From an uncultured Ignavibacteriales bacterium (lineage in GTDB: Bacteria; Zixibacteria; MSB-5A5; GN15; FEB-12), in assembly GCA_964489705.1 (NCBI GenBank), contig CAZAZQ010000010.1, forward strand, positions 64,724 through 128,723: DNA of 64,000 bases, read 5' to 3'. The translations under genes were made by a program, and so were the position numbers. Below the pieces are notes generated by a model. That model ran no database searches, was not told where the DNA came from, and was given only the letters and a program-made list of their open reading frames with translations. Each line of letters opens with the position of its first letter. The stretch's first letter is position 1. Of the stretch, positions 9,980 through 20,226 are shown piece by piece.

Positions 9980-11299
9980 GTGAAGTTCTACATTCATAAA
10001 CTTGGCTGTCCGAAAAATGATGTCGATGCCGATTACCTGACGGCTCGTTTGCTGGAAGCGGGGCATGAGTACGTCTCCGAACCGGAGCAGGCGGAAGCGA
10101 TTATCGTCAACACGTGCGGTTTTATTCTCCCCGCCAAGGAAGAATCGATTGACGCCATTTTGCAGCTTGCCCGGTTGAAAAAAACGGGGCAGGTGCGGAG
10201 GTTGTACGCCGCCGGTTGTCTCTCGCAACGATACGGTACCGATTTGGTTACCGATATCCCGGAGCTTGACGGTGTGTTCGGTATCGGGGAAATCGAGACG
10301 CTGGCACATGAGATGTCGTCACCGTCGCCTAAGCGGGGCATTTTTGCCACTGCCGCCGACGAATTGCGCTATCTCAGTTGGAAAGGGCGACATATCGCCG
10401 ACGATTTCCCTTATGCTTATCTGAAAATTTCCGACGGGTGCAATCGCACCTGTACTTTTTGTGCCATTCCCGCCATTCGGGGGCAATACCGCAGCCGTCC
10501 CATCGATGAAATCGTCCGCGAAGCCGAGTACCTTGCCGCTCACGGGAAGAAAGAACTCATCTTGGTTTCCCAAGAGGCTACCTTGTACGGCTACGACCTC
10601 GGAGAAAAAAGCAACCTTGTGACCCTGCTCCGTGCCCTGGACAGCGTGGAAGGGGTAGAGTGGATTCGGGTGATGTATTTGCATCCCTTGCAGCTCGATA
10701 TCGAGCTTATCGACTACTTTGCCGCCGAAAACAAGACCCTCCCGTATTTTGACCTTCCTTTGCAGCATATCAACTCCGAAATTCTCGCCGCTATGGGGAG
10801 ACAAATGAGACGGGAAGAAGTGGAGGAGGTCTTGGGCTTGATTCGGGAAAGGTGTCCGGAGGCGACAGTGCGGACGGTATTCATTGTCGGTTTTCCGGGG
10901 GAGACGGAAGAGCATTTTCAAGAATTGCTGAGGTTTATTGCGGACTACCGCTTTGACCGAGTGGGAGTATTCGGCTATTCCGCGGAGGAAGGAACCCCCG
11001 CCGCCGCTTTGGCGGGACAACTCGACGAAGAGACGATTAATACCCGCCAAGATTTGCTGATGAGCCTGCAACAGGAGATAGCGTTTGCAAAAAATGAAAA
11101 CTTGATTGGCAGCGTTCAGGACGTTATCATTGATACCGTGAAAGATGATATTGCCGTCGGCAGAACGCGCGGTGATTGTCCTGAAATAGATCAGGAGGTG
11201 TACGTCGAAGGATACCGCGGAGAAAGTGGTGCGATTATCAAAGTAACCGTAACCGCTGCGGATGGCTATGATATTCGGGGAACGTTTGTTGAGGCGTAA
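9980..11299 (+). CDS. rimO: Ribosomal protein S12 methylthiotransferase RimO (radical SAM, MiaB family)
   Basis: GTG start. The N-terminal UPF0004 domain has LGCPKN..D and NTCGF. The radical-SAM motif is CNRTCTFC. A C-terminal TRAM-like domain is present. Confidence 0.85.
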   Translation: MKFYIHKLGCPKNDVDADYLTARLLEAGHEYVSEPEQAEAIIVNTCGFILPAKEESIDAILQLARLKKTGQVRRLYAAGCLSQRYGTDLVTDIPELDGVFGIGEIETLAHEMSSPSPKRGIFATAADELRYLSWKGRHIADDFPYAYLKISDGCNRTCTFCAIPAIRGQYRSRPIDEIVREAEYLAAHGKKELILVSQEATLYGYDLGEKSNLVTLLRALDSVEGVEWIRVMYLHPLQLDIELIDYFAAENKTLPYFDLPLQHINSEILAAMGRQMRREEVEEVLGLIRERCPEATVRTVFIVGFPGETEEHFQELLRFIADYRFDRVGVFGYSAEEGTPAAALAGQLDEETINTRQDLLMSLQQEIAFAKNENLIGSVQDVIIDTVKDDIAVGRTRGDCPEIDQEVYVEGYRGESGAIIKVTVTAADGYDIRGTFVEA

Positions 11300-11302
11300 G
11301 CG

Positions 11303-11947
11303 ATGATTCAGTTTGAAAAACTGGGAATTTTCCTCTCAAAGCCGATAGCTTTTCTGTTGGTGATTGTCTACTTGCTTCAATCCGGTCTTTTGGTCTATCT
11401 CATCAAGGAGAAATTCGACCTGGAGAAGCAAATCGCCTACCAGCAGAAGCGCATTTCGGCACTCGAAGAAAAGCTTCAGATATTCAAGGCAATTGATGAT
11501 TTTCAAATCGGTTTTACGGATGAAGAAGTACGCAAATTGACGGAAGTCATCTATGCGGAGAGCAAGAAGTACGAGTATGACCCGATGTTTATTCTTGCCA
11601 TCATTCTCACCGAGTCCTCGTTCAAAAAAGGACAGCAATCGGAAATGGGTGCCCGAGGGTTGATGCAGGTTATTCCTTACGTCGGAGCGCAACTGGCGCT
11701 GGAGTCCGGCATGGAATGGGAAGGTTCGCAGACGTTGTTCGAGCCGGAAGTGAATATCAAGTTGGGGATGCTGCACTTGTTTCGGCAGATTTTGAAATTC
11801 GGCGATATCAAAAAGGCGCTGGTTGCCTATAATCTCGGTGAGACGAAGCTGCGGAGTATGCTCCGCAAGCAGCGACCTCTTCCCAAGACGTATCTGAACA
11901 AGGTGTTGAAAAACTACAAGATGTTGAAGGAGACGTATAGAGTTTGA
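11303..11947 (+). CDS. Membrane-anchored lytic transglycosylase (SLT domain)
   Basis: N-terminal TM helix, a coiled coil, then LAIILTESSFKKGQQSEMGARGLMQVIP (catalytic Glu-Ser plus the GLMQ motif of SLT family 1). Confidence 0.75.
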   Translation: MIQFEKLGIFLSKPIAFLLVIVYLLQSGLLVYLIKEKFDLEKQIAYQQKRISALEEKLQIFKAIDDFQIGFTDEEVRKLTEVIYAESKKYEYDPMFILAIILTESSFKKGQQSEMGARGLMQVIPYVGAQLALESGMEWEGSQTLFEPEVNIKLGMLHLFRQILKFGDIKKALVAYNLGETKLRSMLRKQRPLPKTYLNKVLKNYKMLKETYRV

Positions 11948-12885
11948 GCACATACCTTCGTCAATATAGCGTTTTCTTTTTTATCCTTGCCCTCATAGGA
12001 GTGGCGGCAGGCTGCGGCGGAAAGAGAACAAAGGCGCACCTCGGACCGCAGGAGCTGTTTGAATTGGGGATGGAGGAGTATAACAAGAAGCATTACTTCA
12101 ACGCCATCGAGCATTTCCAAGCGGTGGTGTGGAACTACCCCGGCGAAACGATTGTCGATACCGCCCAGTACTACCTTGCCCTTTCCTACTTCGGGGAAAA
12201 GAACTACGAGTTAGCCCGGGTCGAGTTTGACCGGCTTGTCAACAACTACCCCTCTTCTGCTTTCTTCGAACAGGCGTTGTTCATGAAAGCCGTGTCCACT
12301 TTCGAGTTAACGCCGCGTCACTACGGACTCGACCAGAGCGAGTTGACGGATGCCATCAGGCAGTTTGAGGACTTTATTATCGACTATCCCGAGTCGGAGC
12401 TTATTCCCGATGTTCAGAGGTACCTGAAAATCGCCCGTACCCGTTTGGCGCGGAAATACTACGAGGCGGGCATCGTTTACAGCCGGATGGGGGCGTACAA
12501 GTCGGCGGAGATATACTTTCAGAAAGTCATCGATGAGTATACCGACACCGAGTTTGCCGCCCGAGCGGCGTATCAGAATGCCGAGATGGAATTCAAGCTG
12601 AAGCGTTTCGATAGTGCGGCGAAAAAATTCGGCGATTTCGTAAAGGTGTTCCCCGACCATGAGTGGGTGTCGAAAGCCAAGAAGCGTCAAGTGGAGGCGG
12701 CGTTCAAGAGCGGTGAAGCGGCGTTTAAGAAAGGCGACTATGCCTTGGCGCAGCAAAAATTCGAAGCGTTTCAAACGACGTATCCAAACAACGGCTGGAG
12801 CAAAAAAGTGCGGAAGTACCTGAAAAAGATAAGCGAACTCACCGACACAACCGAGCGGACGGAGAGCCATGAAACCGAATCCTGA
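11944..12885 (+). CDS. bamD: Outer-membrane protein assembly factor BamD (TPR lipoprotein)
   Basis: TTG start overlapping the upstream stop (TTGA). Lipobox LIGVAAGC. TPR-like repeats with the YfiO/BamD pattern (ELFELGMEEYNKKHYFNAIEHFQAVVWNYPGE...AQYYLALSYF). Confidence 0.75.
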   Translation: MSTYLRQYSVFFFILALIGVAAGCGGKRTKAHLGPQELFELGMEEYNKKHYFNAIEHFQAVVWNYPGETIVDTAQYYLALSYFGEKNYELARVEFDRLVNNYPSSAFFEQALFMKAVSTFELTPRHYGLDQSELTDAIRQFEDFIIDYPESELIPDVQRYLKIARTRLARKYYEAGIVYSRMGAYKSAEIYFQKVIDEYTDTEFAARAAYQNAEMEFKLKRFDSAAKKFGDFVKVFPDHEWVSKAKKRQVEAAFKSGEAAFKKGDYALAQQKFEAFQTTYPNNGWSKKVRKYLKKISELTDTTERTESHETES

Positions 12886-13480
12886 AAAAGGCGGCAAATG
12901 GGGAATTCTCGGCGGGACGTTCGATCCCGTTCATTTCGGTCACCTCACCCTGGCGCAGGAGGTCTCTCGGCACAAAAAGCTCGATGGGGTGCTTTTTATC
13001 CCTTCCGTGAACCACCCGTTCAAAAAGGGAACGTGTATCGCCGACTACTCCGACCGGGTGGAGATGTTGCATCGCGCGGTTGACGATAGACCGCAATTTC
13101 ATGTTTGTGAAATAGAAGCGGAGCAAGACCTGAGCGGTTTCACTCTCGATACGGTGAGAGCCTTGAAGGAAAAATATCCGGCGGCGGAGTTTTATTTCAT
13201 AGTCGGCGCCGATCTCTTGAAAGAGTTGAGGAAGTGGCATCGGGTGGAAGAGCTTCTTGAGGAAGTGAAAATTCTGGTCGGTTCGCGGCCATTCTTTCGG
13301 GATCCGACTGCAAGTAAGAATCTTCCGAAGGGGATAGAACCGGTACCCACCGCCGCCGTCGATGTGTCCTCGACTCATATCAGGACAATGTTGCGCCGGG
13401 GAGCTTCCCCCGATACCTTGTTGAAATTTATGCCCTTGAAAGTAATAAATTATATTTTCGAGCAGGGATTATATAGGTGA
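12869..13480 (+). CDS. nadD: Nicotinate-nucleotide adenylyltransferase NadD
   Basis: GILGGTFDPVHFGHL (HxGH nucleotidyltransferase motif) and a C-terminal VSSTHIR (ISST-type) motif. Confidence 0.9.
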   Translation: MKPNPEKGGKWGILGGTFDPVHFGHLTLAQEVSRHKKLDGVLFIPSVNHPFKKGTCIADYSDRVEMLHRAVDDRPQFHVCEIEAEQDLSGFTLDTVRALKEKYPAAEFYFIVGADLLKELRKWHRVEELLEEVKILVGSRPFFRDPTASKNLPKGIEPVPTAAVDVSSTHIRTMLRRGASPDTLLKFMPLKVINYIFEQGLYR

Positions 13481-16206
13481 GCGGAAAAGGGAAAAAGAAA
13501 CTTTTCCTTATCGACGGCTCGGCGATCTTTTATCGAGCGTACTTTGCGTTTATCCGTAACCCGCTTATCAATTCCAAAGGGGAAAACACCTCCGCTACCT
13601 ATGGCTTTGTCAATTCTCTTCTGAAAATAATCCGGGATGAGAACCCCGACTATATTGCGGTTGCTTTCGACACCAAGCAGCCGACCTTTCGACACGAGGC
13701 ATATCCCGAATACAAATCCACCCGTGCCAAGATGCCGGATGAGCTGGTCGAGCAGTTGCCGCGCATCCGTCAAGCGGTGGAAGCGTTGAACATCCCCTAT
13801 TTCGAATTGGACGGCTACGAAGCGGACGACGTCATTGGAACGATTGCCCGCAAAGCCGCCGAGAAGGGGCTGGAGGTGTGGTGCGTGACGGGGGATAAAG
13901 ATTTCTTCCAACTGGTGAACGACAATATCAAGATATACAACCCCAAGCCGACCGCGGATGCGGCGGAAAAACTGGGTCCCAAAGAGGTCAAAGAAAAGTT
14001 CGGGGTTCCCCCGGAATTGGTGGTAGACAAGCTGGCGTTGATGGGCGACAGTTCCGACAACGTGCCCGGCATCCCGGGGATAGGACCCAAAACCGCCGAC
14101 AACTTGTTGGCACAATTTGGCTCGCTGGAAAAAATCTTGTCTGACTACGAGCGAATCAAAGCAAAAGGGGTTCGCGAAAAAGTGCGAGCCAATCTGGACA
14201 AGGCAAAGCTGTCGAAAGAACTGGTGACGATTCATACCGACCTTCCCATCGAGGTGGATTTGAAGCAGTTGGAACGTCGTCCCATCAATTATGAACAGGT
14301 GAAGAAGCTTTTTCTCGAACTGGAGTTCAATCGGCTTTTGAAACAACTTCTTCCGGAAAATGAGAGCGGTGATGTCCCGGAGAAAGAGCCGGAACAGAAA
14401 GTATCTTATACGGCAATTACTTCTCTTGATGAGTTAAAGGAGTTGTTGAAAAAGCTCTCTGACGTAAAAGAGGTTGCGGTCGATACCGAGACCACCTCGC
14501 TGCATTCCCTCCAAGCGGAGTTGGTGGGCGTTTCTCTGTGTGCCCGCGCCGGGGAAAGTTACTACCTCCCGATGGCGCATACGGCGACCCCGGAAAAGAA
14601 TCTTCCTTTCGATGCGGCGCTGGAAGAGTTGAAGACGTTCCTGGAAAACAAGAAAGTTCAGAAAATCGGACAGAATATCAAGTACGATATCGAAGTGCTT
14701 CACCGTTACGGAGTCGATATTTCGCCCGTGTCGTTCGATACGATGTTGGCGTCGTATATCCTCGATCCTTCGTCGCGACAGCATTCGTTGGATTTTTTGG
14801 CGCTGAAGCATTTTGACTACCAGATGCAGCCCATCAGCGATTTAATCGGCAGCGGGAAGAAGCAAAAGTCATTCGCTACCGTGCCGGTGGATAAGGCAAC
14901 GTTTTACGCCGCCGAAGATGCGGACTATACCTACCGCTTGCGGGGCGTTTTGGCGCCGAAGCTGCATGACCAGGGATTCCATGACCTGTATTACAATATT
15001 GAGCTTCCCTTGATAAAAGTGTTGGTGGCGATGGAGGAAGCGGGGGTGAAGGTGGACAAAGAGTTCCTCTCCCGTCTCTCGAAGGAGATGGATAAAAAAA
15101 TCGCCGCTTTGAAAAAAGAAATTTTTGAAATCGCCGGGGGAGAGTTCAATATCAACTCGACGCAACAGTTGGCTCACGTCCTCTTCGAAAAACTGAGCTT
15201 ACCGACCAAGGGAAAGACGGCAAAGAAAACCGGCTACGCTACCGATGTGCGGGTGCTGGAGGAACTTGCCCAGATTCATCCGTTTCCCAAGCTGATTCTT
15301 GATTTTCGGCAGTTGATGAAGCTGAAAAATACCTACATTGATGCTATCCCCAAACTCATCAACCCCGAAACGGGGCGGGTGCACACGTCGTTCAACCAGA
15401 CGGTCACGGCGACCGGGCGATTGTCTTCCACCGAACCGAACTTGCAAAACATACCCGTGCGCACCGAAGAAGGACGGCAAATCAGGAAAGCGTTTGTCCC
15501 GCGAGATGAGGACTATAAACTGCTCGTTGCCGACTATTCGCAGATAGAGCTGCGCATCCTGGCGCATTACTCGAAAGACAAAGGGCTAATCGAGGCTTTT
15601 CGCAAGGGGGAGGATATTCACGCCCGGACGGCGGCAGAGGTATATGGAGTCGCTTTGGAAGATGTCACCCCCGCTATGCGACGAGTGGCAAAGACGGCGA
15701 ATTTCGCCATCATTTACGGTGTGACCGCTTACGGGTTGACGCAGCAGACCGATATGAGCGTCGAACAGGCAAAAGAGTTTATCGACACCTACTTCGAGCG
15801 GTACCCCGGCATTTTGAACTACATCGAATCGACCAAGCAGTTTGCCCGCGAAAAAGGGTATGTCACGACCCTTTTCAACCGGCGGCGCTATATTCCGGAA
15901 ATCAACGACAAGAATCACTCGGTGAGACAGTTCGCCGAACGCACCGCTATCAATACGCCCATCCAAGGTACGGCGGCGGATATGATAAAAGTCGCCATGC
16001 TCAAAATTTATGACAAGATGAAAAAGATGCGTTCCCTGATGGTCTTGCAGGTGCATGACGAGTTGGTCTTTGACGTTCACAAAGAGGAACTTGACGAGCT
16101 GAAAAAAATCGTGAAGACCAAGATGGAGAAAGCGGTCAAATTGACGGTGCCGATTGTGGTTGATATCGGGGTGGGGGAGAATTGGCTGGATGCGAAAGGT
16201 GAGTGA
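13477..16206 (+). CDS. polA: DNA polymerase I
   Basis: 909 aa. GTG start in a GTGA overlap with nadD. 5-prime nuclease domain (LIDGSAIFYRAYFA), 3-prime-5-prime exonuclease-like domain (VAVDTETTSL), and polymerase motifs A (LLVADYSQIELRILAH), B (RRVAKTANFAIIYG) and C (LQVHDELVF). Confidence 0.97.
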   Translation: MSGKGKKKLFLIDGSAIFYRAYFAFIRNPLINSKGENTSATYGFVNSLLKIIRDENPDYIAVAFDTKQPTFRHEAYPEYKSTRAKMPDELVEQLPRIRQAVEALNIPYFELDGYEADDVIGTIARKAAEKGLEVWCVTGDKDFFQLVNDNIKIYNPKPTADAAEKLGPKEVKEKFGVPPELVVDKLALMGDSSDNVPGIPGIGPKTADNLLAQFGSLEKILSDYERIKAKGVREKVRANLDKAKLSKELVTIHTDLPIEVDLKQLERRPINYEQVKKLFLELEFNRLLKQLLPENESGDVPEKEPEQKVSYTAITSLDELKELLKKLSDVKEVAVDTETTSLHSLQAELVGVSLCARAGESYYLPMAHTATPEKNLPFDAALEELKTFLENKKVQKIGQNIKYDIEVLHRYGVDISPVSFDTMLASYILDPSSRQHSLDFLALKHFDYQMQPISDLIGSGKKQKSFATVPVDKATFYAAEDADYTYRLRGVLAPKLHDQGFHDLYYNIELPLIKVLVAMEEAGVKVDKEFLSRLSKEMDKKIAALKKEIFEIAGGEFNINSTQQLAHVLFEKLSLPTKGKTAKKTGYATDVRVLEELAQIHPFPKLILDFRQLMKLKNTYIDAIPKLINPETGRVHTSFNQTVTATGRLSSTEPNLQNIPVRTEEGRQIRKAFVPRDEDYKLLVADYSQIELRILAHYSKDKGLIEAFRKGEDIHARTAAEVYGVALEDVTPAMRRVAKTANFAIIYGVTAYGLTQQTDMSVEQAKEFIDTYFERYPGILNYIESTKQFAREKGYVTTLFNRRRYIPEINDKNHSVRQFAERTAINTPIQGTAADMIKVAMLKIYDKMKKMRSLMVLQVHDELVFDVHKEELDELKKIVKTKMEKAVKLTVPIVVDIGVGENWLDAKGE

Positions 16207-16227
16207 CGAAACCGGAAGCGGGCGAGT

Positions 16228-16821
16228 ATGTTTATCGGCATTACCGGTCAGATAGGGGCGGGAAAGACGACCGCTGCGCGCATCTTAGCCTCGTTCGGAG
16301 CGGTGGTCATTGATGCCGATGCGATTGGGAAGGAAGTCGTTGAGCGTTCCGAAGCGCTTCAGCGAAAGCTGGTGCGGGCTTTCGGAAAACAGATTCTATC
16401 CCGCTCGGGAAAAATCAATCGAAAAAAACTGGCAATGGTCGCATTTGCCGATGCCCACGCCAAGGAACGCTTGAATCGTTTGGTTCATCCCCCGTTGTTG
16501 CGGGAGTTGAAAAAGCGGATGCGGGAGCTGGCGAAGAGCCATGAGGTAGTCGTCATCGATGCCGCCCTCTTGCTTGATTGGAACCTTGATGCCTCGATGG
16601 ACATCGTGTTGGTTATCCATGCTTCCCGCCGCGAGCGTCTCCGTCGCCTGATGGCACGAGGGATAGAACGCTCGGATGCCGAGGCTCGCCAGCGGGCGCA
16701 GCTGCCGTTTCGAGAGTATCAAAAGCGGGCGGATGTGGTCATTTTGAACAATTCCACCGAGGACAAATTGCGAGCCAAGTTAGCCCGTTCTTGGAAGAAG
16801 ATTATTCCGCAAAGGCATTGA
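16228..16821 (+). CDS. coaE: Dephospho-CoA kinase CoaE
   Basis: MFIGITGQIGAGKTT P-loop at the N-terminus. 197 aa, the typical CoaE size. polA-coaE adjacency is common. Confidence 0.9.
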   Translation: MFIGITGQIGAGKTTAARILASFGAVVIDADAIGKEVVERSEALQRKLVRAFGKQILSRSGKINRKKLAMVAFADAHAKERLNRLVHPPLLRELKKRMRELAKSHEVVVIDAALLLDWNLDASMDIVLVIHASRRERLRRLMARGIERSDAEARQRAQLPFREYQKRADVVILNNSTEDKLRAKLARSWKKIIPQRH

Positions 16822-16870
16822 CAAGAGCTAGGGATGTCTCTTAATTCACCCTAAAAGACAAATATGCACA

Positions 16871-18901
16871 ATGAGTGAGGTTGCTACGATGCCAATGACC
16901 GATTCGCAAAAATCGACGATAAGACGTGACTACTCTCTCGAGGAGTTGAAAGAACGAGCTAACTACATGCGGGGCTTAAACTTGCTTTCCCTGTGTTCGG
17001 CTGCTTCCGGACACTCAGGCGGAACGTTGAGTATCATGGATATTTGTGCCGCTTTATATCTCAAAGTTGCTCGGCACGATCCCTCCAATCCGACGTGGAG
17101 TGACCGGGACAGGATTATCTGGTCGGCAGGTCACAAGGCACCCGCTTTGTATGTTTCTTTGGCGGTGTCCGGCTATTTCCCTGAAAGGGAATTGATGAAA
17201 CTTCGGATGTTGGGTTCTCCTTTCCAAGGACATCCTCATCATCTTGATCTTCCCGGGGTGGAGATTTCCTCCGGCTCGTTGGGGCAGGGCTTTTCCGTGG
17301 CGGTCGGGGATGCGTTGGCGGCAAAATTGAACAAGCAGGATTACCGCGTTTTTGTCATCGCTTCCGACGGTGAACATCAAGAGGGTTCCATGTGGGAAGC
17401 GGCGATGGCGGCGGCGAACTACGGCTTGGATAACCTGATACTTATTCTCGATAAAAACCGGCTCCAAATCGACGGGAAGACCAAGGACGTAATGGACATC
17501 GATCCCATCGTGGAAAAATATAAAGCCTTCAAGTGGCATGTGGAAGAAGTTGATGGCCACGACATGGAGGATATTGTCAAGAAACTCGATGCCGCTCGGA
17601 ACAATAATACCACCGGCAAGCCGATTGCTTTGATTTGTCACACCCTTAAGGGGAAAGGGGTGTCGTTTATGGAAGATGTGGTCGGCTGGCACGGCAAACC
17701 GCCGAATCGGGAGGAGTTGGACAAGGCGCTTGAGGAATTGGGCTTGACTGACACTTTCGATGTGGAAGACCTCTTGGGATACGGCAGAAAATACCAAGAA
17801 GAAGTCGAAGCGAAACTCGACAAGAAGATGCCGAAGTTCTCCCGCAATTTTTGGTGGAACAGTTCCGACACCATGAAGGTTGACATGGATCCGACCCGGA
17901 AGGGCTTCGGACGGGCGCTCGATAAGTACGGCGATGACGAACGGGTCGTCTGCATTGGAGCGGATATCTCCGACTCGATTACCATTTCTGAGTTTTACAA
18001 GAACCATCCCGAACGGAAACCTCGTTTTCTCTCCGTCGGTGTCGCCGAGCAAAACGGCACGACCATCGCCGCCGGGCTGGCGAAGGAAGGGAAATTGCCG
18101 GTGTTCGGAACCTACGGTGTTTTTGCCTCCGCCCGCAACATGGACCAACTCCGAGTGTCGGTCTGTTACGGCAATTTCAACGTCTTTATCGTGGGGGCGC
18201 ACGGTGGGATTTCCGTCGGTCCCGATGGGGCGACCCACCAGGAGCTTGAGGCGATGTTCCAAATCGCCGGGCTGCCCAATATGCACCTTGCCGTTCCCTG
18301 CGACTCGATTGAGACGGAGAAGATGACCAAGACGCTGCTTTTCGACGTGGTCGGTCCGAAGTATATCCGCTTTGCCCGGGAAGCGACGCCGATTATCACC
18401 AAGCCGGATACACCGTTGAAGTTCGGCGAGGCAAACATTTTCCGCTTCCGGAAAGAGGCGGAACGGATGGTGGATGCGTTCGAGGTTTATCTCTCTTCCG
18501 AGTATCCCGACGAGCAGGAGGATTTGACTATTATTTCCTGCGGACCGGAAACAGCGGAAGCCTTGCGGGCAGCGTATATTTTGAAGACGGATTTCGGTAT
18601 CGAAACCCGTGTTATCAACATGCACACCGTCAAGCCTATTGACAGTGCTGCCATTATTCGCGCCGCCAAAGAGACGAAAGCGATGATTACCGCAGAGGAA
18701 CATCAAATCGGCGGTTTGGGCAATCGAGTGGCGGCGGTGCTGTGTCGGGAGCCTTCGCTGGCGGGTAAGAATCCGCCTTTTGATATGATAGGCATTCCCG
18801 ACCGGTTCGGCGAATCCGGAAAACCGTGGCAATTGATTAAGGAGTTCGGCGTGGCGGCGGAGCATATCGCTCAACGCGCCAAAGAGCTTCTTCACAAATA
18901 A
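16871..18901 (+). CDS. tkt: Transketolase, single polypeptide resembling a fusion of the two-subunit (N-terminal/C-terminal section) type
   Basis: N-terminal half: SGHSGGTLSIMDICAALY, SAGHKAPALY, GSLGQGFSVAVG, SDGEHQEGSMWEA (ThDP-binding). C-terminal half: FLSVGVAEQNGTTIAAGLA and the pyrimidine-binding/transketolase C domain. Confidence 0.85.
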   Translation: MSEVATMPMTDSQKSTIRRDYSLEELKERANYMRGLNLLSLCSAASGHSGGTLSIMDICAALYLKVARHDPSNPTWSDRDRIIWSAGHKAPALYVSLAVSGYFPERELMKLRMLGSPFQGHPHHLDLPGVEISSGSLGQGFSVAVGDALAAKLNKQDYRVFVIASDGEHQEGSMWEAAMAAANYGLDNLILILDKNRLQIDGKTKDVMDIDPIVEKYKAFKWHVEEVDGHDMEDIVKKLDAARNNNTTGKPIALICHTLKGKGVSFMEDVVGWHGKPPNREELDKALEELGLTDTFDVEDLLGYGRKYQEEVEAKLDKKMPKFSRNFWWNSSDTMKVDMDPTRKGFGRALDKYGDDERVVCIGADISDSITISEFYKNHPERKPRFLSVGVAEQNGTTIAAGLAKEGKLPVFGTYGVFASARNMDQLRVSVCYGNFNVFIVGAHGGISVGPDGATHQELEAMFQIAGLPNMHLAVPCDSIETEKMTKTLLFDVVGPKYIRFAREATPIITKPDTPLKFGEANIFRFRKEAERMVDAFEVYLSSEYPDEQEDLTIISCGPETAEALRAAYILKTDFGIETRVINMHTVKPIDSAAIIRAAKETKAMITAEEHQIGGLGNRVAAVLCREPSLAGKNPPFDMIGIPDRFGESGKPWQLIKEFGVAAEHIAQRAKELLHK

Positions 18902-18918
18902 ACGAAAAGGAACGAGAT

Positions 18919-20097
18919 ATGCAATATAGTGAGAGAATGTCATGGCTGGGAACGGAAGGCGCCTTCGAAGTTTTGGCTCGATGTAAAGAGCTGGAGGCGC
19001 AAGGGCGCTCCATAATCCACTTGGAAATCGGGGAGCCCGATTTCGATACGCCGAAAAATATCTGCGAAGCCGCCATCAAGGCGATCCGGGACGGACATAC
19101 CCACTACAGTCCTTCCATCGGTTTGCCGGAAGCGCGGGAAGCGGTAGCGCAGTATATCAATACCACTCGCAAGGTGAATGTCTCGGCGAAGAACATCGTT
19201 ATCATGCCTGGGGTCAAGCCCATCGTTTTCGACGCTATTTTGGCAATCATCAATCCCGGCGACGAAGTCATCGTTCCCAATCCCGGCTATCCGGCATACG
19301 AGTCGGTCACAAGTTTCGTCGGGGCGAAGCCGGTGCCGCTTCATTTGCGGGAAGAGAACGAGTTCCGCTTTTTCGTCGATGAACTGAAAGAGCTCATCAC
19401 TGACAAGACCCGCATGGTTGTTATCAATTCTCCCCAGAATCCGACTGGCGGCGTTCTGACCAAGAGCGATTTGGAAGCGATTTACGAGCTGGCGGAAAAA
19501 CACGACTTCTGGATTATGTCCGATGAGATTTATTCCCGTATCGTGTATGATAAGGAATTCGTGTCGATTGCCTCGGTTCCCGGTGCTCTGGAGCGGACGA
19601 TTCTGCTTGATGGGATGTCGAAAACCTATGCCATGACCGGTTGGCGGCTGGGATATGCGGTAGTGCCGGAACAACTGGCGCAGCATCTCGCCAAGCTGGC
19701 AATCAACAACTTCTCATGCAACAATACCTTCAACCAGTACGCGTTGATTGAGGCTCTCACCGGACCGCAGGATGATGTCGATCGGATGGTGGCGGAGTTC
19801 AAACGCCGTCGGGATGTCATCGTCGAGGGGCTGAACGCTATCGAAGGAGTGCACTGCTTGAAACCGTACGGTGCCTTTTACGCCTTTGCCAATATCACCG
19901 AGACCGGTTTTTCCTCGGCGGAGTTGGCGGAAATACTTTTGGACAAAACCGGCGTGGCATGTCTCGCCGGGACGGCGTTCGGGCAATACGGGGAAGGATA
20001 TTTGCGTTTTTCCTATGCCAACTCGGTGGAAAACATTCAAGAGGCACTGCGACGGATGGAAAATATCCTTGCCGAAGTGGGCAAGGCAAAAGCGTAA
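18919..20097 (+). CDS. PLP-dependent aminotransferase, class I (aspartate aminotransferase-like)
   Basis: 392 aa. NPQNPTGGVL, and the SKTYAMTGWRLGY lysine motif characteristic of class I aminotransferases. Confidence 0.9.
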   Translation: MQYSERMSWLGTEGAFEVLARCKELEAQGRSIIHLEIGEPDFDTPKNICEAAIKAIRDGHTHYSPSIGLPEAREAVAQYINTTRKVNVSAKNIVIMPGVKPIVFDAILAIINPGDEVIVPNPGYPAYESVTSFVGAKPVPLHLREENEFRFFVDELKELITDKTRMVVINSPQNPTGGVLTKSDLEAIYELAEKHDFWIMSDEIYSRIVYDKEFVSIASVPGALERTILLDGMSKTYAMTGWRLGYAVVPEQLAQHLAKLAINNFSCNNTFNQYALIEALTGPQDDVDRMVAEFKRRRDVIVEGLNAIEGVHCLKPYGAFYAFANITETGFSSAELAEILLDKTGVACLAGTAFGQYGEGYLRFSYANSVENIQEALRRMENILAEVGKAKA

Positions 20098-20124
20098 GGG
20101 CCGCGTTTCATGCGGAGATTTGCA

Positions 20125-20165
20125 ACGGTCGGCAGGCTATCGAAACGGCGTGCCGACCGTTTTTT
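20125..20165 (+). terminator. Rho-independent terminator after the aminotransferase
   Basis: Perfect 10-bp stem: ACGGTCGGCA (20125-20134) pairs with TGCCGACCGT (20151-20160), followed by TTTTT. Confidence 0.85.
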
Positions 20166-20226
20166 GTCGGTCGACAAGAGCTGATTTTTGTTTGATTCCG
20201 TCATTTTTCCCATCTAACTTTATCCT

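Noticed and set aside
13450-14346. A 298-aa minus-strand ORF inside polA
   Set aside because: It is antisense to the 5-prime nuclease domain of DNA polymerase I. It has no motifs and is a shadow ORF.
17054-18943. A 629-aa ORF antisense to the whole transketolase gene
   Set aside because: Its composition is Arg/Gly/His/Pro-rich low-complexity sequence with no motifs. The sense strand encodes a complete, motif-rich transketolase. This is the typical shadow ORF of a GC-biased third-position gene.
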